From positions 64,001 through 128,000 of the IMG/VR virus record IMGVR_UViG_3300028601_000021: a stretch of DNA of 64,000 nucleotides; one strand, written 5' to 3'. The notes below the pieces were generated by a model that ran no database searches, had not been told where the DNA came from, and worked only from the letters and a program-made list of their open reading frames with translations. Source of the stretch: a virus. Lineage: Duplodnaviria; Caudoviricetes. The position numbers were made by a program, and so were the translations under genes. Every line of letters begins with the position of its first letter. Position 1 is the stretch's first letter. Shown one piece after another: positions 1 through 10,195 of this stretch.

Positions 1-30
1 GAGTTCTGGTGTAGTGTCGAGAATCGGCCT

Positions 31-2055
31 ATGGATTTAACTTCATACGTTGATTCTATCATCGGTCTCTTCAATGATCATAAAGTCAATGATCGCTGTA
101 AAGTAAAGTGTATACCTGGAATAGACCACCTGCTGATGCCCTCTACTAGATACACTTTTCTAGAAGAATACAGGCGTATATTACTGGACAACTTCCCGAA
201 CTATTCCATCACTATTAATGAAGTATTGAAAACGCTTCACAAATATGAATTACCTTACACCAGTATATTGACAGATGAAGGTATCGATTATTTAGTCGAT
301 CAGACTATCCTGCAATTGGGAGAATTGGAAGTATCTAGGATACACAAATGGATACATCAAGCCAAGACTAGAACTAAAGAAATAGCTCATACGGCTATGT
401 TTAAATTACTGTTCTGTTTATATAGTTTAATTAATAAAGATACTATCGTAGAATTCATACCATCTATAAATCTAGGCACCTGTATGTCTGGTGAAGGTAG
501 AATAATAATGATAGCACTGTTAACGGTATGGAGGGACTTGATAGAGATAGACAAATACGATTACCACCCCACCTTAATCCTGAAATTAAAAAAAGGTATA
601 AACAGAATAGGTGACTATAATCATGATATAGTTATTAGGTTATATGAGTTTTCTATCGATAAACCGTATATCCGCTACTTGAACCTAGATACGGTTTACA
701 ATCTACCCTATTACCGATATATGACACCGTATAGTGAAATCTCTGCTATGAGTTGTTTTAATGGTGACACCACTTTACATATGCTCATAGGTGATCAGGT
801 ATATCCTACAATACCAGCAATGGATCTACTCCCTATTGTTTCTAACTTAGTTAGAGAAGAACATACCTGTCATCTATCTAACAGTAAAGTATACGAACTA
901 TTGGAATATGACATCTATATCCATGACACTATATCGAATAAGTATGTGAAATGTTTATATTTTATCATCAACGCCGATAATGACAATTGGTATAAATTAT
1001 CTATCTCATTCACCAGTAGAGTGGGTGTAAAATTTATCCATAACTTTTATCTCACTGCAGAACACGTGTTACCTACTTTAGATAATAATTTTCTGGAAGT
1101 TAAAGATATAACAATCGGTGAATTGTTATTGCCCACAGAAGATTATAATCGATATAAAGCTGAAGTGGTAGATGTTGTTTACATGGGGCATATGGGTGAG
1201 TTGGGCTACGACTTAGAAACGACTAGTAATACTTTTGATTTAGGTTATTTATGTAGCCACAATTGTCGTACTAGGATCATAGAAAAAGTCATAGCCAAAG
1301 ACCAAGATTATATCAGCAATAAAGGGGATTTGATAAATGCTTATCTCAATTTGCCCAGGATAGCAATTAAGTCCAATTATCGTATCGATAAGTTCTTCAC
1401 TAATTTGGATATCACCCTTTCTATATTGGTGTTAAAGTTATTACAGCGTATTGATAGAACGATGTGTTTGTCTGCACCTTTTTCATATACCACATTCAAT
1501 GCTTCTGAAATAGAGAAATCTATTCAATTTGTGGCTGAGAATATTCGCCACCGGGAAGTGAACATATCTGTTGGTAGTACGGTATCCATAAGCTTCGTAG
1601 GCTTAGCCGAATGTGTGTATGCTTTGACTGGTAAAGTACACGGTACATTTAGTAAATCTTCTACTTTAGGTATCGATATCGCTAAGTATCTATATGACAC
1701 TCTTCATAGGTACACTGAAGTATTGGATATTAATATAAAGCTATCCGGTAAATATCATGAAACTTTATCTGGTAGATTTGTCACTATCGATCGTAGGTAT
1801 TTTGGTTATATCGACGGTGTAACTGATAGAGATAGATATCAGGATAGTTTTCATATACCGGATAAATGTAGGGACAGCTTAGCTCATCAAATAGACAAAG
1901 AGGTACCTTACCATAGGCTATGTAAAGGTGACTCTTGTTCTAAATTTATCTTGACTAAAAACGATACCAATACGGTGTCTTCTATAGATAGAGATATCGA
2001 GCTTATATGTGAAAGTGATATCGGGCAATTTTCATTACGCACTAATGTAATTTAA
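31..2055 (+). CDS. nrdD: Diverged class III (anaerobic) ribonucleotide reductase NrdD-like protein with intein; C-terminally truncated; may begin upstream of the window
   Basis: NrdD-like blocks SINLGTCMSGEGR, PTLILKLKKGIN, LNLD, AMS-[intein]-CRTR, ISFVGLAECVYALTG, RFVTIDRRYFGYIDGVTDRDRYQDSFHIP. No CxxC zinc site or RxxGY glycyl-radical loop. The frame is open back to base 1. Confidence 0.8.
   Translation: MDLTSYVDSIIGLFNDHKVNDRCKVKCIPGIDHLLMPSTRYTFLEEYRRILLDNFPNYSITINEVLKTLHKYELPYTSILTDEGIDYLVDQTILQLGELEVSRIHKWIHQAKTRTKEIAHTAMFKLLFCLYSLINKDTIVEFIPSINLGTCMSGEGRIIMIALLTVWRDLIEIDKYDYHPTLILKLKKGINRIGDYNHDIVIRLYEFSIDKPYIRYLNLDTVYNLPYYRYMTPYSEISAMSCFNGDTTLHMLIGDQVYPTIPAMDLLPIVSNLVREEHTCHLSNSKVYELLEYDIYIHDTISNKYVKCLYFIINADNDNWYKLSISFTSRVGVKFIHNFYLTAEHVLPTLDNNFLEVKDITIGELLLPTEDYNRYKAEVVDVVYMGHMGELGYDLETTSNTFDLGYLCSHNCRTRIIEKVIAKDQDYISNKGDLINAYLNLPRIAIKSNYRIDKFFTNLDITLSILVLKLLQRIDRTMCLSAPFSYTTFNASEIEKSIQFVAENIRHREVNISVGSTVSISFVGLAECVYALTGKVHGTFSKSSTLGIDIAKYLYDTLHRYTEVLDINIKLSGKYHETLSGRFVTIDRRYFGYIDGVTDRDRYQDSFHIPDKCRDSLAHQIDKEVPYHRLCKGDSCSKFILTKNDTNTVSSIDRDIELICESDIGQFSLRTNVI
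754..1263 (+). mobile_element. Mini-intein (170 aa) without homing endonuclease, in NrdD
   Basis: Starts CFNGDT, has block B LTAEH, block F GYDLETTSNTF and ends SHN followed by +1 Cys (CRTR). Confidence 0.9.
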
Positions 2056-2082
2056 CTATATTTAGAGTTGAGAGGATCTCCT

Positions 2083-2556
2083 ATGTCTATGCATACGTAT
2101 ATAGGTGTGATATCCATAAAAGCTGAACCTGGTGTTAACGATAAAGGAGAAGAAGGTTATTTTTCTGTTTCATCGGAAAAAGGTTCCAGGGTATGGATAC
2201 CCAAAGATAGGTTTGATAAAATGTACCTTGGGTTGGATACTGAAGATAAGAAAGTCAGTCAGGAAGATGTCGATACTTTAGTAGCTAAATGGTTATTCCG
2301 TAGATTGGATAAACGTACTATTATTGGTACGGCTATATTGAAATCTGGGTTTAGAGTATATGCCACTGCTAGTAGTGTCGATCCACAGCCTACAGATACC
2401 AATCCAGGGGTGCAACTATGTAAGCAGCGTCTCTATGATAAGATATGGAATTATATCGGATTCGTAAGTCAGTGGGCCTTTAAAGGATTACATCACACTG
2501 ATCTGGAAAATCCCATATACACAGATATCACTGATTTAGAGAACATGGATTTTTGA
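2083..2556 (+). CDS. Phage Gp49/Gp66-family-like protein
   Basis: LKSGFRVYATASSVDP...GVQLCKQRLYDKIWNYIGF pattern. ATG at 2083 follows GAGGA. Confidence 0.6.
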   Translation: MSMHTYIGVISIKAEPGVNDKGEEGYFSVSSEKGSRVWIPKDRFDKMYLGLDTEDKKVSQEDVDTLVAKWLFRRLDKRTIIGTAILKSGFRVYATASSVDPQPTDTNPGVQLCKQRLYDKIWNYIGFVSQWAFKGLHHTDLENPIYTDITDLENMDF

Positions 2557-2635
2557 ATAGAGTAGATTACGGTACTAACTCTGTACCTTGGGCAGTAGAT
2601 AGGTCTTTCCCTAATAGTGAAGCTTAAGTAATACA

Positions 2636-2676
2636 TATATAGCCACAGTACCTATCACTGGTACTGTGGCTATATA
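2636..2676. terminator. Family palindrome between convergent genes
   Basis: TATATAGCCACAGTACC-loop-GGTACTGTGGCTATATA. Confidence 0.7.
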
Positions 2677-2678
2677 CT

Positions 2679-5255
2679 TCAACTATTTATTCTAACGTAG
2701 GTATTGACTTCTCTATCAGGAAGCAATACATTTTCTATTCGCAAACAGATATAATCGCAATCATTGAAACTATTAATAACCATAGATCCGTGACTAACAA
2801 TAAATAACTGTTGAATGACTTTCTTACTAACCAAATCATGTAAACACTCTATCAACTTCTGCGTGTGATAACTATCTATACCACTACCGATTTCATCTAG
2901 AAAGATAGGATATTTATCCAATTTCTTAGTCTGTAGTAGTATAGCTAAAGTCCAAGCTAAATTAACCATCTCTCGTTGACCTTTACTCAACTTAGCTATA
3001 TCTCTTACTGTCACATCACCTACTTCTATAGGGAATGTGAAGTCTAATGATTTGGTATCGTCTATAGGACAGATATGTAGTCTGTAGCTGAATACTCTGG
3101 AAATGAAGTAGTTGGCATTGTGAATAAGATTATTTAGATATGAGACCATGTAACCATGAGGGATACCGTCATTTGGTGATAGACTTTTCTCTATCAACTC
3201 ATATTTCCATTTATCAAACTCTATCTTATTTATCCACTTAACTATTTCTTCATCATATCGAGCTATCAGACCTTCCTGCTCTTTCAACAAACCATCTATC
3301 TTTACTAACTGATGATGGATATCCTTCTTCACCATATCGCAAGATAACAATAGCTTATTATGATACTCTATGGATTTCACAGCTAAGATAGCAGCTGCAC
3401 CATTTTCATAAGTATCCTCATAGGTAGATAACTTATCTAAGATACGATCGAATCTATTTATCTTATCTAAATTAGCTACTAGACTGAGCTTGGTGTTATT
3501 ACATTGGTCGTAATCAGATAGTAAGCTATCTAACTTATCTGACTTTTCCTTCAATACCTTAGTCAAGAACTCTACAGAAGTAGTATTGGATTTAGTAGCC
3601 ACTTCCAGTTCCTTCTGAATAAGGACGATACGTTCCGATATCTTGGTGTATTGGGTGTGATTCTTGGTATTGATGATGCCGTCTTCTATCCTTCTAATAG
3701 CACTAGATGGATTTACTTCCAAGATACGGAATAATTCAGATAGCTGAAAGCTAGTAGCTAAGCTGTTGTATTGTTGTCTAAGCGCAGAGATACTTTCCCA
3801 TAGACGATAGAAAGGTATTTGTTCATTATACTTAGCTGCTAATTTTTCAAATGCTGTTTCTCGCTTAGCTAAGTATTTAGCTGCTCTGTCGTGTTCACCT
3901 TTTAGAGTAGCTTGTTTCAATAGTAAGCCTTGCTTCTTACTGACAAAACCTCTACGTAGCTTACATTGCTCTAAAATGCATTCATCCGGGACTTCTGTCG
4001 CTATAGAGGATAATTCTTCTCTTGTCTCTTTTAGCTGCATAAAAGCCTGGGAAGCCTTATACTTTACTTCCTCTATACGGTACTTTAGCTTATCCAAGGC
4101 CGATTGGACTGCACGTACTTTTACTGGCTTCCATAGCTGTACCGGCTTATCGATAAACTGTAAACACAAGTCCTTGAAATTACTCTGTAGTAAAGCTTCT
4201 GCATCTCGTAGAAGAGCTGGAGTGAATACAGGTAAATTATCTCTTACCTTGTATTGGGTCAACAACTCTTTCAGTTCTTTCAACTCTTTCTCTAAAGAAC
4301 TGCTATGGTTATCCATCGTGTTCTTAAGATGCAACTGATACTTCTCCATCTCTTTCTTTATCTCATTGGCTGAGTTAGAAATAGTAGAGATAGTCTCAGT
4401 GGTACTGCGTAAATCCATAGTGAATTTAATACGGTCGTTCTCGGCATTAGTCCTAGATACTTCTCTATAATTAGGTAAGTCTTTATAAAGAGATTTACAA
4501 TAAGAAATGATTTCATCAGCAGGCAATACCTTCTGTCCATTTCTTACCTTGTGATTGTAATCTTGTATCTGCTGTCTGTACTTGTTGTTAAGTTGTTCGA
4601 TATGCTGTTCTAAAGCATACATCAACTTATCCAATAATCTACTTTGTTCAACTAATACTTCCTTATTCCTATAAGTAGCCGTAAGAGTATCTTTATCTAA
4701 GAGTTTAGCTTCTACTTCTACTTTCCTATTATGGAGCATAGCTAGGTTATTCTTAAACTCTCTGATCTTAGATAGACTCTTTTTATGTTTTTCTAATAGT
4801 AGAGATAAGTCTACAGGGTTCATAGAGATAAAAAATGACTTACGCTCACTAGGTCCCATACGACAAATATCGTACTCCATATGACATAAGCCTTTTACCT
4901 TAGGAGTGTAACCTAGGTACTTCTCTACCAATTCCTGTTGCACACCAGTGACACCACTGGTATTCAACTCCTTACCTTCTACCTTAAAACTATGTGCACC
5001 ATGTCTGTTACCAAAATCAGTAGTGAGGATGTAAGATTTACCTTCATGTTCGATGTGATGCACTAACTTACCGTTCTTTTCGAAATCAGGTCTTGGTGGT
5101 GGATAGGCAGAAAGTATCTGCAAAAAGGTACTCTTTCCGCTACCATTACCACCCATCACTATATTTATAGGTTTGACTAGGTCTACCTCTAGACTATCTA
5201 TTTCAGAGAACTTAAATGACTTAAGTCCTTCTATATAGGCATGTGTGATATTCAT
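2679..5255 (-). CDS. sbcC: SbcC/Rad50-like SMC ATPase
   Basis: Walker A GGNGSGKST, long coiled coil with central CxxxxC hook-like motif, signature LSKGQ, Walker B IFLDE, H-loop IVSH. Confidence 0.92.
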   Translation of the reverse strand: MNITHAYIEGLKSFKFSEIDSLEVDLVKPINIVMGGNGSGKSTFLQILSAYPPPRPDFEKNGKLVHHIEHEGKSYILTTDFGNRHGAHSFKVEGKELNTSGVTGVQQELVEKYLGYTPKVKGLCHMEYDICRMGPSERKSFFISMNPVDLSLLLEKHKKSLSKIREFKNNLAMLHNRKVEVEAKLLDKDTLTATYRNKEVLVEQSRLLDKLMYALEQHIEQLNNKYRQQIQDYNHKVRNGQKVLPADEIISYCKSLYKDLPNYREVSRTNAENDRIKFTMDLRSTTETISTISNSANEIKKEMEKYQLHLKNTMDNHSSSLEKELKELKELLTQYKVRDNLPVFTPALLRDAEALLQSNFKDLCLQFIDKPVQLWKPVKVRAVQSALDKLKYRIEEVKYKASQAFMQLKETREELSSIATEVPDECILEQCKLRRGFVSKKQGLLLKQATLKGEHDRAAKYLAKRETAFEKLAAKYNEQIPFYRLWESISALRQQYNSLATSFQLSELFRILEVNPSSAIRRIEDGIINTKNHTQYTKISERIVLIQKELEVATKSNTTSVEFLTKVLKEKSDKLDSLLSDYDQCNNTKLSLVANLDKINRFDRILDKLSTYEDTYENGAAAILAVKSIEYHNKLLLSCDMVKKDIHHQLVKIDGLLKEQEGLIARYDEEIVKWINKIEFDKWKYELIEKSLSPNDGIPHGYMVSYLNNLIHNANYFISRVFSYRLHICPIDDTKSLDFTFPIEVGDVTVRDIAKLSKGQREMVNLAWTLAILLQTKKLDKYPIFLDEIGSGIDSYHTQKLIECLHDLVSKKVIQQLFIVSHGSMVINSFNDCDYICLRIENVLLPDREVNTYVRINS

Positions 5256-5381
5256 ATATACGCTCTCTTAAGGCTACAGGGGGTGTAAAGTAAGGTCGTT
5301 CTTTTTAATTTTATACCCGCTACAGACCAAGCATGATATACTAGTATATCTTACAATTTTTACTTAAGGAGTGATATATCC

Positions 5382-6071
5382 ATGAGCTCTAATACCCCAT
5401 CAGCAGATTTGGGTGCATTGCCCATTCCGAATATAAAAACAGTCGTACATTCAGTATTAAAACCAGAGCTCAAAGCTTTAGTGGATGTAGTACAATCTGA
5501 AATTCAATATATGCGTAATTGCATCGAAGAGCAGAATGTCGCTATCCTGAGATTACAGACTATCTTTGCGCAGCAGACTAATCTCATCATTGATCAGGTC
5601 ACTAAGCTGTCCGATACTGTCATCCAGGTCAATGAACTAGAAGCCAGTAAAGCTAGTGAAATCGAATTCCAGAGAGATCGTTTTACTTACAATAATGCTA
5701 TTGAAACTATCCATGGTTCACTTACTCATATTGAAGGTGAACTTATCACTTTGATCAATAACGATACCGATCATACTAGTGCATTGTCTAGTTTACAATA
5801 TATCGTAGCTCAGCAAGTAGCCAATAGTGTAGCTCAGATAGATCTACTCAATAGTTTAGATGAACGAATGGATAGTGCGGAAACTAAACTAGAAACACTT
5901 GAGCAAATTAGCACTACTGTCGATCACGTCACTAATCTTCTTAATGGTATCAATGGCGATATCGTGTCTACCAATGAAGCTTTTGGTGCATTTCAGACTA
6001 CAGTAGCCACTCAACTACAGGAAGTCAGAGATAACATCGCTGCCATCGAAGCATTTCTAGCTGCTAACTAA
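5382..6071 (+). CDS. Coiled-coil protein, possibly virion fibre-associated
   Basis: 229-aa ORF with heptad pattern and AAGGAG RBS. Confidence 0.55.
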   Translation: MSSNTPSADLGALPIPNIKTVVHSVLKPELKALVDVVQSEIQYMRNCIEEQNVAILRLQTIFAQQTNLIIDQVTKLSDTVIQVNELEASKASEIEFQRDRFTYNNAIETIHGSLTHIEGELITLINNDTDHTSALSSLQYIVAQQVANSVAQIDLLNSLDERMDSAETKLETLEQISTTVDHVTNLLNGINGDIVSTNEAFGAFQTTVATQLQEVRDNIAAIEAFLAAN

Positions 6072-6083
6072 ACAAAAAAAATA

Positions 6084-6118
6084 TACACCACAGTAGCCGT
6101 GATAGCTACTGTGGTGTA
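6084..6118. terminator. Family palindrome between convergent genes
   Basis: TACACCACAGTAGC/GCTACTGTGGTGTA, with an A-tract on the left. Confidence 0.7.
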
Positions 6119-6125
6119 CACCTTA

Positions 6126-7103
6126 TTAAATCTTAGAAATAGACTCTATATGTCTAGTATTAGTAGCCAAATACCTGCTCATCCAAATAGGATAAACTTC
6201 ATTCACTATAGTGTCGATATCCGCTACCTTGAATCGCATAGTGAGACTAAACTTCCATTTACATGGAGAGAAACTACATATAGCACAATCAATGAAACCC
6301 ATCTGTAATAAAGAACAAATAGATCTATACTTAGTAGATATATCCCTTTCAGGCTCTAGTTCTTTCAAACTAAAAGTGAAATCGATATTCTTATTCTTCT
6401 TAGTGGTCTTGGTATTGTACTGCATAAGTAACAACAATCTACGTTCCGCATCTGTCATAAAAGGAAACAATATAGCAGAGTTACCGGTACCCAAATACTT
6501 ATTAGATTTAGATGTCCAATAAGTAGCTACTCTATCTATACAAATATCAAGATGTTCCTTGTATACATCTTTATTGATGTATGTTTTGTGTATACCATCA
6601 TTAACAATACGAAACACCAAATGTAATACATTAGGTTTGCATAAATTAAAATCCGTGAAAGATAACAGATATTTCACTAATGCTGTTTTGTATGCTTGTA
6701 TGAAATTATCAAAATCCAATATCTGGATATAAATATCCATCGGATCATCTCCAGCATCAGCGACCGATAATCTTATCAGACCTAATTCAATGAGCGGTAA
6801 TAGATATTCAGAATAGTCAGGATGACGCAGATTAGTTAATTCACCTACTGCTACTCTAGCTTTAGGTCCTTTATCGACATGAAACAAAATAATGTGTTTG
6901 AGCAGTTCAAGAGTTTTGTGTCCTTTATCGATATTCTCCATAAAAGGGAAATATTCGGTCATACTCTCTAAGTCAAGATGATGCACTCTGTATAAATCTC
7001 TATACGATCTACTGTATGTCCCTTCGGCGTATAAACTCTGTACGAATGATGTTAAGTTATTAGCTATGTAATAAACTAATTCCATTTGGTTTACGGTATA
7101 CAT
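6126..7103 (-). CDS. Hypothetical protein
   Basis: 325-aa ORF with GGAG RBS, directly after the radical SAM gene. Confidence 0.6.
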   Translation of the reverse strand: MYTVNQMELVYYIANNLTSFVQSLYAEGTYSRSYRDLYRVHHLDLESMTEYFPFMENIDKGHKTLELLKHIILFHVDKGPKARVAVGELTNLRHPDYSEYLLPLIELGLIRLSVADAGDDPMDIYIQILDFDNFIQAYKTALVKYLLSFTDFNLCKPNVLHLVFRIVNDGIHKTYINKDVYKEHLDICIDRVATYWTSKSNKYLGTGNSAILFPFMTDAERRLLLLMQYNTKTTKKNKNIDFTFSLKELEPERDISTKYRSICSLLQMGFIDCAICSFSPCKWKFSLTMRFKVADIDTIVNEVYPIWMSRYLATNTRHIESISKI

Positions 7104-7111
7104 AAATACTC

Positions 7112-7942
7112 CTATGTATGTTTACAACCATTCATGTGGAACTTATAAGCGGCATGTATCTGCTGATATATATCCTTTTCGGTAGTTGCTTTAGGATAAT
7201 GGTGTTTATCTAATTGTGGGCAAGTGCTCGCTACTCCATTTGGAAATAACCACAATGCTTTTAACGTAATACATTTCCTATCACATCCATTACAACCCAT
7301 ACCTCTGTTCTGTTGGATACCAGTATATCTAGCCTTTATAATCTTATCAGGATACTTAGCTCTCATATTTTGAATGAAATTTACATATCTAGTGTTGAGA
7401 GCTTCGTCACCATAAAAGTCTACAAAGAACTTTATAGGTAGATCCAATCCAGTATAATACTCTACTAGTTCTTCACCTAGTTCATCTGTTAGATCATTGG
7501 TATATACAGCTTGTATTTCTACTGGAGAAAATGACATAGCTTTATAATCGTCTAACTGACCAGGTAATACATGTACTCGCACTTTACCCACATTGTATTT
7601 CATAAGAAACCAATCCATATTGTGAAATATGGTACCATTGGTATTTATGATGGTGTGTACTTCTGAAGCTAATCCACAATTCACTAATTCTATTAACTGT
7701 TTATATACTCCAGGTTCTCCTCCACTTATATTCAATATAGCTTTTTCACCTTTAGCCTCCATGTAACTACCATAAGCACGTATGTATGATTTAGCCAATT
7801 CATTATCTAACATACGAGGAAGAGCATTCTTCTCTTGGAAGTCGTTCAAACAAAAAGAGCATTTACGATTACACATGTTAGTCACTAGGAGTCTAAGTCT
7901 GAACTCATCTTTGTGCTTATTGATATCCGCTATTTCTTTCAT
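7112..7942 (-). CDS. Radical SAM protein (MoaA-like fold)
   Basis: CNRKCSFC, ISGGEP, INTNG and C-terminal CxxCxxxC...C cluster. Confidence 0.88.
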   Translation of the reverse strand: MKEIADINKHKDEFRLRLLVTNMCNRKCSFCLNDFQEKNALPRMLDNELAKSYIRAYGSYMEAKGEKAILNISGGEPGVYKQLIELVNCGLASEVHTIINTNGTIFHNMDWFLMKYNVGKVRVHVLPGQLDDYKAMSFSPVEIQAVYTNDLTDELGEELVEYYTGLDLPIKFFVDFYGDEALNTRYVNFIQNMRAKYPDKIIKARYTGIQQNRGMGCNGCDRKCITLKALWLFPNGVASTCPQLDKHHYPKATTEKDIYQQIHAAYKFHMNGCKHT

Positions 7943-8038
7943 GACTCATATATTCCACGTTGTAAGTATAAGGAGGTATCGGGTACAATAGTATACCGGT
8001 AAATTACACATATTTACACATCCTAGGAGGATAATTAA

Positions 8039-8587
8039 ATGGCCTTGAATGACATCCCACTCATGTATAAACCGAAGCACTTCGAATTATATGAATTGGT
8101 ATACCCGGAAGTATACGACCAATATGCTAAGATGAATAAACTGCACCTTATCTGGGGTGTATTAGATCGATATGCACTTTGGACCATCGATCAGCTGAGA
8201 GAACTCTACGGTCCCTGCACTATCAATAACTGGTATCAGAAAACTGATAAAGGCTACACTATTCGTAAAGGTAGTGGTGTATTCTCTGAATCTGGCTTAA
8301 GACGTTCAGATACCGATACAGGTAGCGTATTGTCACAGCATAAGTTCGGTAGAGCTTTCGATCTCAAGTTCAGAAATATCCCTGCTCCTGAAGTGGTAAA
8401 GGAGATGGATAAGTTGGGTCTGTTTAAAGGTGGTGGCTGGCGTAGTGACCCAGACACTAAATACGATGCTTATCGCTATCTCACCACTATAGAAAGATCT
8501 TTGAATGGTGTACCGTGCAGCTGGTTACATATCGATACTAGATTGTACACCACGGGTAATGGTGCTATCATAGCACTGGATATCTAA
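8039..8587 (+). CDS. Peptidase M15-type peptidoglycan endopeptidase
   Basis: R...SQHKFGRAFD...WLHID zinc-binding motifs. Confidence 0.85.
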   Translation: MALNDIPLMYKPKHFELYELVYPEVYDQYAKMNKLHLIWGVLDRYALWTIDQLRELYGPCTINNWYQKTDKGYTIRKGSGVFSESGLRRSDTDTGSVLSQHKFGRAFDLKFRNIPAPEVVKEMDKLGLFKGGGWRSDPDTKYDAYRYLTTIERSLNGVPCSWLHIDTRLYTTGNGAIIALDI

Positions 8588-8607
8588 AAGAAATAGACGA
8601 TACAAAT

Positions 8608-8645
8608 GCTACTACTCTACCCTATCATTGGGGTAGAGTAGTAGC
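8608..8645. terminator. Family palindrome between convergent genes
   Basis: GCTACTACTCTACCC/GGGTAGAGTAGTAGC. Confidence 0.65.
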
Positions 8646-8651
8646 TATATC

Positions 8652-9002
8652 TTAAACTTTATAAACGAAGCAAGGTACGCCTTGTCTATCTGCTAGATCT
8701 ATAGTGGACTTAGTGCCAGGACTGACACCATCCCAAATAGCTATAACAGCATCTGCTACTCGTACCATAATGGCATTTCGTTTATATCCAGCAGACTTAT
8801 CCAATTTACCATTGACTTTCCATTGAGCAGGATATCTTTCTACTGGTATGTCATTACGTCTAGCGTATTCTTCACCTAATTGATCTACACCACGAGCAGT
8901 ACCACTAATGACTGTAGTGATATCAAATCCACTAGCAGCTACAGCTTTAGCTACTACTTCATAATTCATTATACCTCGACTACCAGCTATGACTACTCTC
9001 AT
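8652..9002 (-). CDS. YspA/SLOG (DUF2493-like) protein
   Basis: VVIAGSR, VISGTARGVD, AGYKRNAIM, WDGVSPGTKSTI. Confidence 0.85.
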   Translation of the reverse strand: MRVVIAGSRGIMNYEVVAKAVAASGFDITTVISGTARGVDQLGEEYARRNDIPVERYPAQWKVNGKLDKSAGYKRNAIMVRVADAVIAIWDGVSPGTKSTIDLADRQGVPCFVYKV

Positions 9003-9056
9003 CTATATCTCCTTTTGTTCAAATAAAATGTATATACACTTCCTTTTATTTAAAAG

Positions 9057-9713
9057 TTATAGGTATGAAGGATCGTCCGTCACATGATATTGTATCCATG
9101 GATGATCTATTTCCTTATTACCTTGTCTGCGTCTTAATTCGCAAAACACCTGATTATGTAGTTGTAAACATCGGTTTGCGCTCATATTAAACATCTTTCC
9201 TATCTCCTTGTAGGTATACCCTTGAGTATAGAGATAAAATATCTTGGCTTTTCTACCCGAGGTATCGAAAGTAGCTATAATGTCTAATAGCTTTTTAAAG
9301 TCGTGTTGAGTATCGACTTCGTCATACGAATAATCTTCTATACACAATAGGTCATTTAATTGAGATAGTGTAAATGGTTCATTGTCTTCATCGAATGTAT
9401 TGTTGAGCAAACATACTTCCCTAGGAAAAAGTTCTGCAAAAGAAATACCTAAGAAGTTACAAGCATTTAAAACAATGGGCCGTATCATACCTTCATTTGG
9501 TTTAAATGAATAAACAGGAGAAATTGTACCCAACTCTATTGCTCTATAGACATAACGATCCTTTCTAGATCCACCAATGACCTCAATAAAATCATTTATA
9601 TTGTAACCTGCATTTCTCCTTTCTTCTGCTAGATAATTTTCATATTCATAAGGAACCCACTCCAAATGAGATAGTTTACCTTTAGCATTCAAAACGTGAT
9701 CTCCTTTACCCAC
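9057..9713 (-). CDS. Regulator with XRE-like HTH and sigma70 region-4-like HTH (start uncertain)
   Basis: RRNAGYNINDF...IELG...FLGISFAELF, and C-terminal GYTYKEIGKMFNMSANRCLQL. Confidence 0.6.
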   Translation of the reverse strand: MGKGDHVLNAKGKLSHLEWVPYEYENYLAEERRNAGYNINDFIEVIGGSRKDRYVYRAIELGTISPVYSFKPNEGMIRPIVLNACNFLGISFAELFPREVCLLNNTFDEDNEPFTLSQLNDLLCIEDYSYDEVDTQHDFKKLLDIIATFDTSGRKAKIFYLYTQGYTYKEIGKMFNMSANRCLQLHNQVFCELRRRQGNKEIDHPWIQYHVTDDPSYL

Positions 9714-9763
9714 TACACTACTTTACTGAAATAGTAAAGTAGTGTAGTGGAGTGAATTTAAAA

Positions 9764-10069
9764 TCATCTTACTTTAGGAAGAATACGATTAGCCAATTCG
9801 ACAATAGCGCTAACCAATTCTTGCTTAGTTTCTTCATTACTGAGGACTTGGTATATAGTACTGATAAACTGTACATTCTCAGGGATAGGGATACCGCTAT
9901 CCAGCTTTTCCTTATAGTTAGCTGGAAGAAAGATACTGAGATTCATATCCTTAGTAAGTACCAGACCACAGTCATCTCCATCATCTGAAAGTACAAGTGA
10001 ATATTTCATCTTTTCTTCTTTAGGTTCATCGACCATATCAGTCTCTGTAATTTCATTTACATTAGGCAT
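9764..10069 (-). CDS. Hypothetical protein (probably early)
   Basis: 101-aa ORF with AAGGAG RBS and a TATATTAC motif about 100 bp upstream. Confidence 0.65.
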   Translation of the reverse strand: MPNVNEITETDMVDEPKEEKMKYSLVLSDDGDDCGLVLTKDMNLSIFLPANYKEKLDSGIPIPENVQFISTIYQVLSNEETKQELVSAIVELANRILPKVR

Positions 10070-10167
10070 GGTATTTCTCCTTGTGAAAATAATAGATACC
10101 CATACAGTCTAGCAGTGTACGCCAATCGTACACCGCCAGCTGCATGAGTACATATATAGTCACTTTA

Positions 10168-10175
10168 GTAATATA
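10168..10175 (-). promoter_or_regulatory. phiKZ-type early promoter TATATTAC
   Basis: Exact motif upstream of 9764-10069. Confidence 0.7.
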
Positions 10176-10195
10176 TACTCGAAAGTATACAGAAG

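Noticed and set aside
7112-7942. NrdG activase for the NrdD
   Set aside because: Length and auxiliary Cys cluster are MoaA/SPASM-like, not NrdG-like, and it is not adjacent to nrdD.
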